From NCBI GenBank assembly GCA_964480825.1, contig CAYZRJ010000001.1, positions 55,154 through 87,753 on the forward strand: a stretch of 32,600 nt of DNA, in the 5' to 3' direction. Below are positions 1 to 9,723 of the stretch, in pieces. The notes beneath the pieces are model-generated. The model saw only the letters and a list, made by a program, of their open reading frames with translations. It was not told the DNA's origin and ran no database searches. Position numbers and translations under genes: made by a program. How positions within the stretch are numbered: the first letter of the stretch is position 1; each line of letters begins with the position of its first letter. This DNA comes from an uncultured Candidatus Saccharibacteria bacterium (lineage in GTDB: Bacteria; Patescibacteriota; WWE3; UBA101185; UBA10185).

Positions 1-23
1 TTTCCCGATTTATTTATAGACAC
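1..23 (-). CDS. Possible 5' end of the next gene after adk (runs off window), perhaps methionine aminopeptidase
   Basis: GTG at 23 opens MSINKSG..., 9 nt after the adk stop; map usually follows adk. Too short to identify. Confidence 0.25.
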
Positions 24-32
24 CCTTACATC

Positions 33-596
33 TTAAGATTTCGACTGATTAATTTCAAGAGCTTTTAATGCGCGCAGATGGACGTCATTTATCGTACCTA
101 CCGCGTCAATTTCAACAAGTTTGCCTTTTTTACGGTACATATCAATTACCGGTATAGTTTCTTTATTAAAGATCTCTTGTCTTTTTAAAACCACTTCTTC
201 ATTGTCATCTTCCCGAATGACTAAATTGTCTTTAATTCGACGTCCGGCAATTCTTTTTATGCTTTCTTCAAGAGGAATATTAAAGTACAAAACAACGTCG
301 GGATGGGGATTAAAAAAATCTAGCTCATCTAACACTCTTAACCAACCGTCTAAAATATAACCCTGAGTACAATCGGACATCGCAACGCGTTCTTTTATAA
401 TGGCGGCGGTAGTTTCATAGTCAACCAATACACCTTTTTGCATCTGTTGTTTAATTAACGCATATTTTGGATGATCTGTCGGAGTATCTCGCAGTAACTC
501 TCCTACACCAATTAAGGGTAGGTTGAGAGCTTCGGATAAAAGCTTTCCTTCAGTACCTTTTCCTGATCCTTGAGGACCTATTAATAGTAGTATCAT
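33..596 (-). CDS. adk: Adenylate kinase, short-LID form
   Basis: P-loop GPQGSGKGT, G.LLR, GYILDGW.R and REDD motifs; start reassigned to ATG 596 (MILLLIG); ATG 617 overlapping the upstream stop is an alternative. Confidence 0.9.
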   Translation of the reverse strand: MILLLIGPQGSGKGTEGKLLSEALNLPLIGVGELLRDTPTDHPKYALIKQQMQKGVLVDYETTAAIIKERVAMSDCTQGYILDGWLRVLDELDFFNPHPDVVLYFNIPLEESIKRIAGRRIKDNLVIREDDNEEVVLKRQEIFNKETIPVIDMYRKKGKLVEIDAVGTINDVHLRALKALEINQSKS

Positions 597-613
597 ATTG
601 TATAGACCGTACG

Positions 614-886
614 TCAAAACCCCGGTAAACCAAGATCTCCGAGCTTACCGCGCATTTGTTTTTCAACTTTTTTATCAACTTCTTTCATAGCAATGTTGAG
701 TATATCTTTAAGTGCCTTATCTTCGTCGCCGTTGACTTCTATTTTTTCGATATGTTTATCTCCACGGACAACAACCCGCGCATTGCCTTTTTCTACAACA
801 GAAAATATCTTCTCGAGCTCTTTTGTCATTTCGGCTCTAATTTTTCGCATCTTATTAAAATCTTTTAATTTGTCCATCATGCCCAT
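614..886 (-). CDS. ybaB: YbaB/EbfC-family nucleoid-associated protein
   Basis: 90 aa; helix, then VVEKGNARVVVRGDKHIEKIEV beta region, then helix ending GLPGF; matches family pattern. Confidence 0.75.
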   Translation of the reverse strand: MGMMDKLKDFNKMRKIRAEMTKELEKIFSVVEKGNARVVVRGDKHIEKIEVNGDEDKALKDILNIAMKEVDKKVEKQMRGKLGDLGLPGF

Positions 887-887
887 A

Positions 888-2132
888 TTATCTTAAAAAA
901 CTTTCGTAATTTCTTGTTACTGTTAATGATTTAACCTGCCTAATTGTTTCCAGCACGACCGACACAACTATTAATAAACCTGTTCCACCAATGGTAACAG
1001 AAGTTGTACCGATGTAGGACTGAATTAAATAAGGAAGTATTGCAATCAAACCTAAAAATATCGCGCCAGATAAGGTTATTCGATCAACAATGTACTTAAG
1101 GTACTGGGTTGTATTTCTCCCGGGCCTGATTCCGGGGATAAATCCACCTCTTTTTTTAATATCGTCAGCAATTTTTTCAGGGTTGAATTGAACCGAAGTA
1201 TAAAAATATGTAAAAGCGATTACCAAAAGAAAATAGGTTAAGTTATACGGCCAACTGTTTTGATGAAAATTTATTGCAAAAAACTCACCTACATTGCGCG
1301 CGAAATCGCTTGTTGCCGCCTGCAACGGAGCACTAATAAGAGATGGGATCATGACAACGGAAACCGCAAAAAGTATCGGAACAACACTTACCTGATTAAT
1401 TTTAATTGGCAGATAATTTACAACTTTTTCTGATTTTAAACCCCTTCTGCCGTATTCGATTGCTACATTTCGGGTGCCCTCGTTAACAAGAACAACTCCG
1501 ACTATTACTAAAATGGCCAGTGCCGCGAATATTAAAGTATTAAATAGGTTGTCGGCGGTAATTGTATTTACAAATCCTACTAAAGTTGCCGGAATTCGGC
1601 CGATTATACTGATGAAAATTAACATCGAAATACCGTTTCCAATTCCGTACTCTGTGATTAGCTCCCCAAACCAAACCATGATTAAGGCACCGGCTGACAT
1701 TGTCAAAACTAAAATAATTAAGTCAAAAACATTGAGTGACGGCAATATTCCTTGTTTGCTTAGTAAAAAATATATTCCATAGGCTTCCACTAGCGCCATG
1801 GGTAAAGTTAACAATCTGGTATACATATTTATTTTTTCACGACCGTATTCACCCTCTTTTTGTAATTCCTCCAATGAAGGAATCATTACGGTAAGCAGTT
1901 GCATTATAATAGAGACGTTGATGTAAGGAGCCATTCCTAAGGTAACTATAGAAAAATTCTGGAATCCGCCGCCTGAAAATAAATCAAACATTCCGAAAAA
2001 GATATTGTTTTGAAGGTAAGCTCTGATCGCGTCTGTATCTACTCCGGGCACCGGTATATGAGCCAAAAATCTAAATACAATTACAATAAATAAAGTGAAA
2101 AGAATTTTCTTACGAAGTTCCGGATTCTTCAT
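888..2132 (-). CDS. secY: Preprotein translocase subunit SecY
   Basis: HIPVPGV, LGMAPYI, GIGNGISM, FIPGIRPG, GGTGLLIVV motifs; follows rplO. Confidence 0.99.
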   Translation of the reverse strand: MKNPELRKKILFTLFIVIVFRFLAHIPVPGVDTDAIRAYLQNNIFFGMFDLFSGGGFQNFSIVTLGMAPYINVSIIMQLLTVMIPSLEELQKEGEYGREKINMYTRLLTLPMALVEAYGIYFLLSKQGILPSLNVFDLIILVLTMSAGALIMVWFGELITEYGIGNGISMLIFISIIGRIPATLVGFVNTITADNLFNTLIFAALAILVIVGVVLVNEGTRNVAIEYGRRGLKSEKVVNYLPIKINQVSVVPILFAVSVVMIPSLISAPLQAATSDFARNVGEFFAINFHQNSWPYNLTYFLLVIAFTYFYTSVQFNPEKIADDIKKRGGFIPGIRPGRNTTQYLKYIVDRITLSGAIFLGLIAILPYLIQSYIGTTSVTIGGTGLLIVVSVVLETIRQVKSLTVTRNYESFLR

Positions 2133-2136
2133 TAGA

Positions 2137-2586
2137 TTATTTTAAAACTTTTGCTCCTGCTTTCTCAATCTTTTCCAGCGCAGAAGCAGAAATCTTAAAG
2201 CCTTTAAACGAAATCTTCTTTTTTAAATCACCGTTAGATAAAATTTTTATTCCAAGCTTAGGTAATGTTCTTATCATTCTTTTCTCCTTTAACATTATTG
2301 GAGTTACTTCATCACCGTTTTTGAATACGTTAAACATGCTTAGCGAAACCGCCAAAGGAGCAACTTTACCTTGTACTGTAAAACCTTGTATTCTTGGCAT
2401 GCGTTTGTACAACGGTACCTGACCGCCCTCGAATCCCAAGTTTGGTTTGCTTCCTCCGCTTCGTGCTTTTTGACCTTTGGCTCCTTTACCCGATGTATGC
2501 CCGCCTTTACCACTACCAATGCCGCGGCCTATCCGTTTTTTGCCTTCTGTTTTTCCTTTTAATGTTTCTAAATTGTTTAGTTTCAT
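2137..2586 (-). CDS. rplO: 50S ribosomal protein uL15
   Basis: KRIGRGIGSGKG, GFEGGQVPL.KRMP. Confidence 0.99.
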   Translation of the reverse strand: MKLNNLETLKGKTEGKKRIGRGIGSGKGGHTSGKGAKGQKARSGGSKPNLGFEGGQVPLYKRMPRIQGFTVQGKVAPLAVSLSMFNVFKNGDEVTPIMLKEKRMIRTLPKLGIKILSNGDLKKKISFKGFKISASALEKIEKAGAKVLK

Positions 2587-2593
2587 ATTTTTG

Positions 2594-3067
2594 TTATTTT
2601 AATTTTTTTAGCATCTGCAAAGCTTTTAATGTGCATCTAATATTGCATATCTTATTGCTTGAGCCCAACATTTTAGCCGAAATATCCTTAATTCCTGCTA
2701 ATTCGACGACGACTCTGACCGAACCCCCTGCGATAATACCCGCACCTTGCGGAGCCGGTTTTAACAATACTACGGCTGATCCGTATTTAGCTTGAACTTC
2801 GTGTGGAATAGAACCGTTTTTCATTTCAACTTTTATCAATTCTTTCTTTGCCATTGTTATGGATTTTGTTATACCCGAAATAACATCCCTACCTCTTCCG
2901 TATCCGGTTCCGACTTGGCCTTTTTTGTCACCTACGACAACAAGCGCAGCAAAACTAACGGTGCTACCACCTTTTGTCTTTTTAGACACACGTTTTATTT
3001 GAATTACGCGTTCTTGAAAGTCATCTGTTCTTACCTGTGTTCTTGGTCCTCTGTTATCGTTTCTCAT
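2594..3067 (-). CDS. rpsE: 30S ribosomal protein uS5
   Basis: RVSKKTKGG, ALVVVGD, PAPQGAGIIAGG. Confidence 0.99.
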   Translation of the reverse strand: MRNDNRGPRTQVRTDDFQERVIQIKRVSKKTKGGSTVSFAALVVVGDKKGQVGTGYGRGRDVISGITKSITMAKKELIKVEMKNGSIPHEVQAKYGSAVVLLKPAPQGAGIIAGGSVRVVVELAGIKDISAKMLGSSNKICNIRCTLKALQMLKKLK

Positions 3068-3423
3068 AATAGTAGGCCTCCTTCTTTGGCGGCATCAGCT
3101 ACGCTTTTCACTCTTCCGTGAAACTTGTAGCCGTTTCTATCAAAAACAGCTTTTTTAATTCCAAGTTTTAATGCTTTTTCAGCCATTAGTTTTCCAACTG
3201 CCTTTGCTGATTCTACTTTAGTGCCTTTTTTGTGCAATGCTTTTACTTCGGACGAAACCGAGACAAGTGTTGTCCTTTTTACATCATCAACAAGTTGAGC
3301 GTAAATGTATTTGTTAGATCTAAAGATTGTAAATCGCGGTTTTTCGGCGTTACCCGAAACTCTACTTCTTATGAGTAGCTTTCGTCTTTCTCTGTTAGTC
3401 TTTCTTAATTTGACGTGGTACAT
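3064..3423 (-). CDS. rplR: 50S ribosomal protein uL18
   Basis: FRSNKYIYAQLVDD, VFDRNGYKFHGRV. Confidence 0.99.
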   Translation of the reverse strand: MYHVKLRKTNRERRKLLIRSRVSGNAEKPRFTIFRSNKYIYAQLVDDVKRTTLVSVSSEVKALHKKGTKVESAKAVGKLMAEKALKLGIKKAVFDRNGYKFHGRVKSVADAAKEGGLLL

Positions 3424-3426
3424 AAT

Positions 3427-3966
3427 TTAGACCTTTCCTGACTTTCCTTGCTTTCTTCTGACAACTTCGGTTGAATACTTTATACCTTTACCTTTGTAAG
3501 GCTCCGGTTTTCTTATTTTTCTGATATTAGCCGCCACTTGACCGACTAATTGTTTATCAAAACCTTTTATGCTTACAAACTGGTTGTCGGTAACAGCAAC
3601 CTCTATTCCGGCCGGAACTATAAAGTCAACCGGATGTGAATACCCCACAGATAAACCCAAATCTTTGCCATTCATTTTTGCTCTGTAGCCGACTCCCACT
3701 AATTCTAATTTCTTTTCAAATCCCTCTAAAACTCCTTTTACCATGTTATTAATCAGCGAACGGGTCATGCCCATGTAAGCACTCGAACTTCTACCCGGTT
3801 TTATAATTTCAACATGTAGTAGGTCTTCAACAATATTTACACTAATTTCGGGCCTTAACTCTAAAGATAAAGAGCCTTTCGGTCCCGTTACTTTAATATT
3901 ACGATCAATTACCGTCACGGTAACCCCGGATTCTATTTTAATAACTTTTTGTCCAATTCTTGACAT
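3427..3966 (-). CDS. rplF: 50S ribosomal protein uL6
   Basis: MSRIG, GVGYRA, PEPYKGKGI. Confidence 0.99.
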   Translation of the reverse strand: MSRIGQKVIKIESGVTVTVIDRNIKVTGPKGSLSLELRPEISVNIVEDLLHVEIIKPGRSSSAYMGMTRSLINNMVKGVLEGFEKKLELVGVGYRAKMNGKDLGLSVGYSHPVDFIVPAGIEVAVTDNQFVSIKGFDKQLVGQVAANIRKIRKPEPYKGKGIKYSTEVVRRKQGKSGKV

Positions 3967-3967
3967 A

Positions 3968-4354
3968 TTATTTGATCTGACAAATTAATTCTCCGCCTAG
4001 TTTCTTCTTTCTGGCTTCTTCGCCGCTCATTATACCTCGTGATGTAGAAACCACCGAAACTCCTAAGCCTGCCTGAACCTTGTGTAATTCATTGTAACCT
4101 CTGTATTGGCGTCTTCCTGACTTCGAAATTCTTTGTACATCAGTTACCAGCGGTATTTTACCTTCGTAGGCTAAGGTCAGATTTAACCTCTTAAACTGAC
4201 CTTCTTTAAATATCTTCACTTCAGATAAGAATCCGCGATCTTTGAGTACTTTTGCAACAGACTCACATTCTTTAGAGTAAAAAGATTCAACAGACTTTTT
4301 TCTAGCCATTGATGCGTTTTTTATTGAGCTAAGCATTTCAGACATTCTATCCAT
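3968..4354 (-). CDS. rpsH: 30S ribosomal protein uS8
   Basis: RISKSGRR.Y, GLGVSVVSTSRGIM, GGELIC. Confidence 0.98.
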   Translation of the reverse strand: MDRMSEMLSSIKNASMARKKSVESFYSKECESVAKVLKDRGFLSEVKIFKEGQFKRLNLTLAYEGKIPLVTDVQRISKSGRRQYRGYNELHKVQAGLGVSVVSTSRGIMSGEEARKKKLGGELICQIK

Positions 4355-4372
4355 TATTTTTATCCTTTCGCA

Positions 4373-4558
4373 TTACCAGCTTGCCTTTCTCACACCGGGA
4401 AGATCCCCACGATGAGCCATTTCTCTAAAACATCTTCGACATATTTTAAATCTTCTATAATATCCGTGGGCACTCCCGCAAACAGGACATCGGTTATATT
4501 CTCTAACCTTAAATTTTTGTTCTTTTGCATGTCTTGCTATCATCGATTTTTTTGCCAT
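4373..4558 (-). CDS. rpsN: 30S ribosomal protein uS14, short zinc-binding type
   Basis: 61 aa with CPVC...CRRC and LPGVRKASW. Confidence 0.98.
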   Translation of the reverse strand: MAKKSMIARHAKEQKFKVREYNRCPVCGSAHGYYRRFKICRRCFREMAHRGDLPGVRKASW

Positions 4559-4580
4559 AATTTCGAGTGAAATGAGAAAT

Positions 4581-4624
4581 TATATGAGGAAGCGCAGGTG
4601 CAAAGCACCGAGCAAGCTCATATA
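4581..4624 (-). other. Structured rplE-rpsN spacer (nested stem-loop)
   Basis: Outer inverted repeat TATATGAG/CTCATATA encloses GGTGC-AAA-GCACC. Confidence 0.6.
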
Positions 4625-4625
4625 T

Positions 4626-5180
4626 TTATCTTCCTTTCTCCTCCTTTACAAACGGTATTCCTAATTCCTTTATCAAAAATCTGTTTGCTTCTATATCCCT
4701 TTTGCTAATAACAATAGTCAATTGTAATCCTCTTATACCTTTGGTGTTGTTCTGATTTACCTCAGGGAATATAACATGTTCTCTTACTCCAACGGAATAG
4801 TTTCCGTTGTCGTCAAAAGCATCTTTACTCAAACCTCTAAAATCGCGGACTCTGGGTAAAGCAATATTTACGAATTTATCTAAAAATGCCCACATTCTTT
4901 CGCCTCTTAAGGTTGCGGTATACCCTACGACATCGTTTTGTCTAATTTTAAAGCTGGCGATGGACAATCTTGCAGATCTTGGACTCGGTTTTTGACCAAC
5001 TAAGGCTGTTAAATCGGCAACGAATGATTCTACGGCTTCACGATTCTCCCTAAAAGGGCCTATTCCTGCGTTAACCACTATTTTTTGGATTCTGGGCACG
5101 TCCATAACATTTGCATATTTAAATTCTGCAATCATTTTGGGAACTATTATTTCGTTGTATTTTTGCTTTAATCTATTCAT
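4626..5180 (-). CDS. rplE: 50S ribosomal protein uL5
   Basis: [25 protein letters not shown]. Confidence 0.99.
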   Translation of the reverse strand: MNRLKQKYNEIIVPKMIAEFKYANVMDVPRIQKIVVNAGIGPFRENREAVESFVADLTALVGQKPSPRSARLSIASFKIRQNDVVGYTATLRGERMWAFLDKFVNIALPRVRDFRGLSKDAFDDNGNYSVGVREHVIFPEVNQNNTKGIRGLQLTIVISKRDIEANRFLIKELGIPFVKEEKGR

Positions 5181-5404
5181 TTTTTCCCATCCACTACCAT
5201 AGCATTAGACACATGGATTGGTCTTTCTACACTTATTATTCCGCCCTCTTTTGATACAGCACCCGGTTTGACATGCCTTTTTACAATATTTACACCTTCA
5301 ACTAAGATCTTGGCCTTGGCTTCGTAAATTTTCAGGACTTTACCCGTTTTGCCTTTGTCTTTTCCTGTTATTATTTTTACTTTGTCGTTTGTGTGTATTC
5401 GCAT
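5177..5404 (-). CDS. rplX: 50S ribosomal protein uL24, short form
   Basis: KOW motif [19 protein letters not shown]; ATG at 5404 overlaps the rplN stop (TGATG). Confidence 0.97.
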   Translation of the reverse strand: MRIHTNDKVKIITGKDKGKTGKVLKIYEAKAKILVEGVNIVKRHVKPGAVSKEGGIISVERPIHVSNAMVVDGKK

Positions 5405-5772
5405 CACCACACCTCCTTAGCTAACGAAGCTATCTTAACAAAACCGCGATCTCTAACTTCTCTTGCGATAGGCCCGAAAATGCGGGTACCAACCAAAGTT
5501 TTTTCTTTATCAATAATAACTGCCGCGTTATCGGAAAATCTTAGATAACTGCCGTCTTTTCGTCTGACTTCTTTTCTACTTCTAACCAAAACCGCTTTTA
5601 CAATGGAATGGTCTTTTACAACACCGACCGAAGATGCGCCTTTTACAACAACCGTTATGATGTCGCCTACTTTGGCTACTTTAACTCTTGAACCACCGGG
5701 TATGCCGACCAACTTTAATCTTTTGGCTCCCGAATTATCAGCCGAATTGATTACTGCACCTACCGGTATCAT
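5404..5772 (-). CDS. rplN: 50S ribosomal protein uL14
   Basis: [21 protein letters not shown]. Confidence 0.99.
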   Translation of the reverse strand: MIPVGAVINSADNSGAKRLKLVGIPGGSRVKVAKVGDIITVVVKGASSVGVVKDHSIVKAVLVRSRKEVRRKDGSYLRFSDNAAVIIDKEKTLVGTRIFGPIAREVRDRGFVKIASLAKEVW

Positions 5773-5773
5773 A

Positions 5774-6019
5774 TTAGACCTTTTTCCCTTCTGATTTAGT
5801 AACGACTATCCACGAGCAATCTTTAGAAAACGGGCGTGATTCTTCGATGTTTACCGTGTCTCCAATGTTAACATCAACTGCAACGTGTACTAAAAATCTT
5901 TTTGTAGTTCTGATATTTTTACCGTATATTTTATGTTTTTTTGGCATATCTACGGCAACAACAACAGTTTTCTGCATTTTTTTTGATACTATTTTACCTG
6001 TGTATGTTCTTTTGCTCAT
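5774..6019 (-). CDS. rpsQ: 30S ribosomal protein uS17
   Basis: KMQKTVVV, GDTVNIEESRPFSK. Confidence 0.98.
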   Translation of the reverse strand: MSKRTYTGKIVSKKMQKTVVVAVDMPKKHKIYGKNIRTTKRFLVHVAVDVNIGDTVNIEESRPFSKDCSWIVVTKSEGKKV

Positions 6020-6228
6020 TATTTAACCTCAACAGCCTTTAAAATTTGTTTTTCTTTCAAAATACTAAGAATCCGAGCTATATCTTTTCGTAAATTTCTG
6101 GGTTTCTTAACATTCTTTTCTTTTCTATTCAAAACAGACATACTAACCTCTTTTAACTCTTTTCTCAAGCTTTTTAGCTGTTCTAACAATTCCTTGTCTT
6201 TTTTAGATCTTAAGTCTTTTGCTTGCAT
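6019..6228 (-). CDS. rpmC: 50S ribosomal protein uL29
   Basis: RKDIARIL motif; lies between rplP and rpsQ. Confidence 0.96.
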   Translation of the reverse strand: MQAKDLRSKKDKELLEQLKSLRKELKEVSMSVLNRKEKNVKKPRNLRKDIARILSILKEKQILKAVEVK

Positions 6229-6232
6229 CGTG

Positions 6233-6643
6233 TCATTCCTCTTTTGCTAAAAATTTGGTAGCGATCGGCAACTTGTGTGAAGCTTTTCTGAATGCGTCTT
6301 TTGCGAGATCTTTACTCAAACCGGATAATTCAAATATTATTTTTCCCGGTTTAATAACTGCCGCGTAATGGTCGGTTGCTGCTTTACCACTGCCCATTCT
6401 TGTTTCCGCCGGTTTTTTAACAACTGCTTTGTCGGGAAATACCATAATCCAAAGTTTTCCTCCGCGTTTTGTGGCGTGGGCAATTGTTTTACGAGCTGAT
6501 TCTATCTGCCGCGATGTTAATAAACCTCTTCCCAATGCTTTTAATGCGTAATCGCCAAACGAGATACGCGACCCTCTGGTTGCAATACCTTTGTTATTGC
6601 CTCTTTGCTGCTTTCTATACTTAACTTTCTTTGGCATCAACAT
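6233..6643 (-). CDS. rplP: 50S ribosomal protein uL16
   Basis: MLMPKKVKYRKQ, ETRMGSGK. Confidence 0.99.
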   Translation of the reverse strand: MLMPKKVKYRKQQRGNNKGIATRGSRISFGDYALKALGRGLLTSRQIESARKTIAHATKRGGKLWIMVFPDKAVVKKPAETRMGSGKAATDHYAAVIKPGKIIFELSGLSKDLAKDAFRKASHKLPIATKFLAKEE

Positions 6644-6662
6644 ATTTGCGTTTGACTCTTAA

Positions 6663-7295
6663 TTAAAGTTCAACCTCCCCTTTGTAAATCCATACTTTAA
6701 TGCCAATAACACCAAAAAGTAATTTACAATCCAATTGCGCGTAATCAATGGTTGCTCTCAAAGTCTGAAGTGGGACCGAACCTACAACAAACTGCTCGGT
6801 TCTTGATATCGTATTACTTCCGCTTAAAACTCCCGACATTCTTATTTTTATACCCTTTGCTCCTTTATCAATCGCGGCGTTTGATGCGAATACGCAAACT
6901 CTTCGGTAAGGAATACGCCTTTTCATTTGTCTACAAATATAATCGGCAACCAGCTGTGCTTCTATTTCTGATACTTTAACCTCTTCGGCTGTAATCTTAA
7001 TTTTTGCATTGGTCATAGCCTTAAGTTCTTTTTCTAAACTTTCAACACCGGAGCCGCCTTTTCCTATAACCAATCCCGGTTTAGACACTTTTATAAATAA
7101 GCTGATTTCATTTTCGGTGCGTTCAATATCAATAACTTTTAATCCCGCTTGACTAAGTTTTTTTCTCAAAAATTCTCTGATTTTTAAATCTTCAAGTATG
7201 TTGCGGGCATAAGTAGCTTTGTCCCCAAACCAACGGGAACTCCAGTCTCTTGATATTCCTAATCTATACCCTATCGGGTTTATTTTTTGGCCCAT
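6663..7295 (-). CDS. rpsC: 30S ribosomal protein uS3
   Basis: Start reassigned to MGQKINPIGYRLG at 7295; PGLVIGKGG, VPLQTLRA.IDY, GIKVWI. Confidence 0.98.
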   Translation of the reverse strand: MGQKINPIGYRLGISRDWSSRWFGDKATYARNILEDLKIREFLRKKLSQAGLKVIDIERTENEISLFIKVSKPGLVIGKGGSGVESLEKELKAMTNAKIKITAEEVKVSEIEAQLVADYICRQMKRRIPYRRVCVFASNAAIDKGAKGIKIRMSGVLSGSNTISRTEQFVVGSVPLQTLRATIDYAQLDCKLLFGVIGIKVWIYKGEVEL

Positions 7296-7669
7296 ATTTT
7301 TGACGGCTTTGCCACCCTTTCGCTCAAACCAACGTAAATATTCGAAGTTCTTTTTAAAATAGGGCTCATTCTGGATTTTGCAACAATACGTCCTCTTTTC
7401 ATTGTTGGCCCGGGGCCTACCCAAACTTCAGAAACAAAAAGTTTGTTGTTTGCTAACTGATTGTTGTGTTTAGCGTTGGCTTCAGCAGATTTTAAAACTT
7501 TTAAAATCATGTCTGATCCCTTTGTTGTATCAAAAGTCAAAATAACCTTGGCGTCAGTAACGCCTTTACCTCTTATCAGGTCAGCAACAGGAGCAACCTT
7601 TTTAGGAGATATTCTGGCACCAAGATGTTTTGCGTACACAGTTGATATGTCTAAAATACTTTTTTTCAT
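7280..7669 (-). CDS. rplV: 50S ribosomal protein uL22
   Basis: ISPKKV..VADLIRG, SAEANA; 16-nt overlap with rpsC. Confidence 0.98.
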   Translation of the reverse strand: MKKSILDISTVYAKHLGARISPKKVAPVADLIRGKGVTDAKVILTFDTTKGSDMILKVLKSAEANAKHNNQLANNKLFVSEVWVGPGPTMKRGRIVAKSRMSPILKRTSNIYVGLSERVAKPSKIWAKK

Positions 7670-7673
7670 AGTC

Positions 7674-7703
7674 TAGTCCTTTGGGACGGACGCTTTAGCG
7701 TCA
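7674..7703 (-). repeat. Stop-codon-anchored double hairpin (rpsS to rplV)
   Basis: mRNA sense T-GACGC-TAAA-GCGTC-C-GTCC-CAAA-GGAC-TA, starting at the rpsS TGA. Confidence 0.8.
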
Positions 7704-7988
7704 CTTTGTAGCTTCGGGTGCTACGCCTTTCTTTGATGAGTGAGCTCTAAAGGTTCTTGTAGGTGCAAACTCTCCTAACTTATGACCAACCATAGCTTCG
7801 GACACAAAAATCGGCAAAAACTTCTTGCCGTTGTAGACTTCTATTGTCATTCCAACCATTTCCGGAATAACCGTGGATCTTCTTGACCATGTTTTTATAC
7901 CGGATTTAGAACCGGTTTCTTTGGCTTTTAAAACCCTTTGTTGTAGTTTTTCTTCTATATAAAATCCTTTTCTAAGTGACCTACTCAT
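7701..7988 (-). CDS. rpsS: 30S ribosomal protein uS19
   Basis: [20 protein letters not shown]. Confidence 0.99.
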   Translation of the reverse strand: MSRSLRKGFYIEEKLQQRVLKAKETGSKSGIKTWSRRSTVIPEMVGMTIEVYNGKKFLPIFVSEAMVGHKLGEFAPTRTFRAHSSKKGVAPEATK

Positions 7989-7998
7989 AGTTTTATCC

Positions 7999-8826
7999 TC
8001 ACTTTAAGTGCCTTGATTTCACAACTGTATAATCTGTTTGATGTCTTTTTCTGGTTCTAACGCCTCTTGCAGGCTTGCCCCATGGTGTTTTTGGTCCGGG
8101 CATACCAATACCGGTTGTCTTGTAAGAACCTCCGTGCGGGTGACCTTTTTTAGGATTACCCATCGCGACACCTCTAACTGTCGGTCTAACACCCAAATGT
8201 CGATTTCTTCCGGCTTTACCCAAGCGTACATTTCGTTGTTCCATGTTGGTCAAGGCACCTATTGTAGCATAACAGCGCCCAGAAATCCTTTTTACTTCGC
8301 CGCTCGGCATCTTTAAATTTATCATTCCGGCATCTTTTGCTATAACAACAGCGTAGCCACCTGCCCCACGAATTAAAACACCGCCTTGACCCGGATTTAG
8401 CTCAACATTGTGTACCTGCATGCCCAAGGGAATATTTTCTAAAGGCATCGCGTTTCCGGCTGTTGGCTCGCTTTTCTCGCCGGAGAAAAGTATCATTCCG
8501 GTCTTTACGCCCTCGGCGGCTAAAATATATCGTTTTTCCCCGTCAACATAAGACAATAGTGCTATATGCGGACCTCGGTTCGGATCATATTCAATCGAAA
8601 GAACTTTTGCCGGAATATCTTTTTTATCGCGTTTAAAATCTATAATTCTATACAATTTTCTCGAACCTATTGATTGATGTCTCACAGATACTCTTCCACC
8701 ACTTCTTCCTTTGGCACCACGAATACTTAAAGTTAACCCTTTCTCAGGACGAACTTTATCAACTTCTCTTACCAAAGTTTTTTGTGAACGCTTAGATGAA
8801 GTTGTTGGTTTATATGTTCTAATCAT
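7999..8826 (-). CDS. rplB: 50S ribosomal protein uL2
   Basis: [29 protein letters not shown]. Confidence 0.99.
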   Translation of the reverse strand: MIRTYKPTTSSKRSQKTLVREVDKVRPEKGLTLSIRGAKGRSGGRVSVRHQSIGSRKLYRIIDFKRDKKDIPAKVLSIEYDPNRGPHIALLSYVDGEKRYILAAEGVKTGMILFSGEKSEPTAGNAMPLENIPLGMQVHNVELNPGQGGVLIRGAGGYAVVIAKDAGMINLKMPSGEVKRISGRCYATIGALTNMEQRNVRLGKAGRNRHLGVRPTVRGVAMGNPKKGHPHGGSYKTTGIGMPGPKTPWGKPARGVRTRKRHQTDYTVVKSRHLK

Positions 8827-9125
8827 TTTTGCGCTTTCTCGTGCGGTGCGACATCAATTTTTTGACCTTCTTTTATAGTAACAATTACCTTTTTTCTTTT
8901 GGCGGTTTTTTTAAATCTGCCTGATTTACCCATTCTTCTTTTTTTACCCGGCAAAATTATAACGTGAACTGACGTAACGTCAACGTTATAAAGTTTTTTG
9001 AGTTCTCGTTTAACTGTTCCTGCACTGGCGTCCTCGGTAACATGAAAAACGTATTTACCGTTTTCACTCAACCACATGCTTTTTTCGGTAATTATTGGTT
9101 TTAATACAAAGGCACTTATTCTCAT
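8823..9125 (-). CDS. rplW: 50S ribosomal protein uL23
   Basis: PIITEKS, KKVIVT; lies between rplD and rplB. Confidence 0.97.
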   Translation of the reverse strand: MRISAFVLKPIITEKSMWLSENGKYVFHVTEDASAGTVKRELKKLYNVDVTSVHVIILPGKKRRMGKSGRFKKTAKRKKVIVTIKEGQKIDVAPHEKAQK

Positions 9126-9718
9126 TATTTACCTCCCAATCTTTGTTCTAATTTTTCGACTGCATTCTTTGAAAATACTATATTATCAGCTCTAACCACT
9201 TGGTAAGCGTTAAGTCTGGTAGCATCGGCCAGATCAACGTCTTTAATATTTCGCAGGCTTGTGCTGATTTCTCTTGTAAGAATGTCGGCAACAAACAACG
9301 TCTTTCTGTTTAGTTTTAATGTCTTTAGTAGCTTTGATGCATCTTTGGTTTTACCTTTTAGTGCATCAAATGAAGAAACAACGATCAAGTTATCCTCTTT
9401 TACTTTTTCTATCACGGCAGTTATCAACGCGGTATTCTTTAAATCTTTGCTAATATCTAAATTCCAACTTTTTGGTTTTGGACCAAAAACAATACCTCCG
9501 TGTCTCCAAAGAGGTGTTCTTTTACTGCCCACTCTTGCTCGACCCGTACCTTTTTGTGCCCAGGGTTTAATTCCGCTTCCAGATACCTCACCTCTGGTTT
9601 TTGTAGACGATGTACCTTGTCTTTGGTTGGCCATATACACTCTTAGATATTGATTTAAAACCTCGGGTTTGGGATCAACACCAAATATTTTTTTGTTTAA
9701 AGTCAGTTCTATTTTCAT
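9125..9718 (-). CDS. rplD: 50S ribosomal protein uL4
   Basis: RQGTSSTKTRGEV, KPWAQKGTGRAR. Confidence 0.99.
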   Translation of the reverse strand: MKIELTLNKKIFGVDPKPEVLNQYLRVYMANQRQGTSSTKTRGEVSGSGIKPWAQKGTGRARVGSKRTPLWRHGGIVFGPKPKSWNLDISKDLKNTALITAVIEKVKEDNLIVVSSFDALKGKTKDASKLLKTLKLNRKTLFVADILTREISTSLRNIKDVDLADATRLNAYQVVRADNIVFSKNAVEKLEQRLGGK

Positions 9719-9723
9719 ATATT

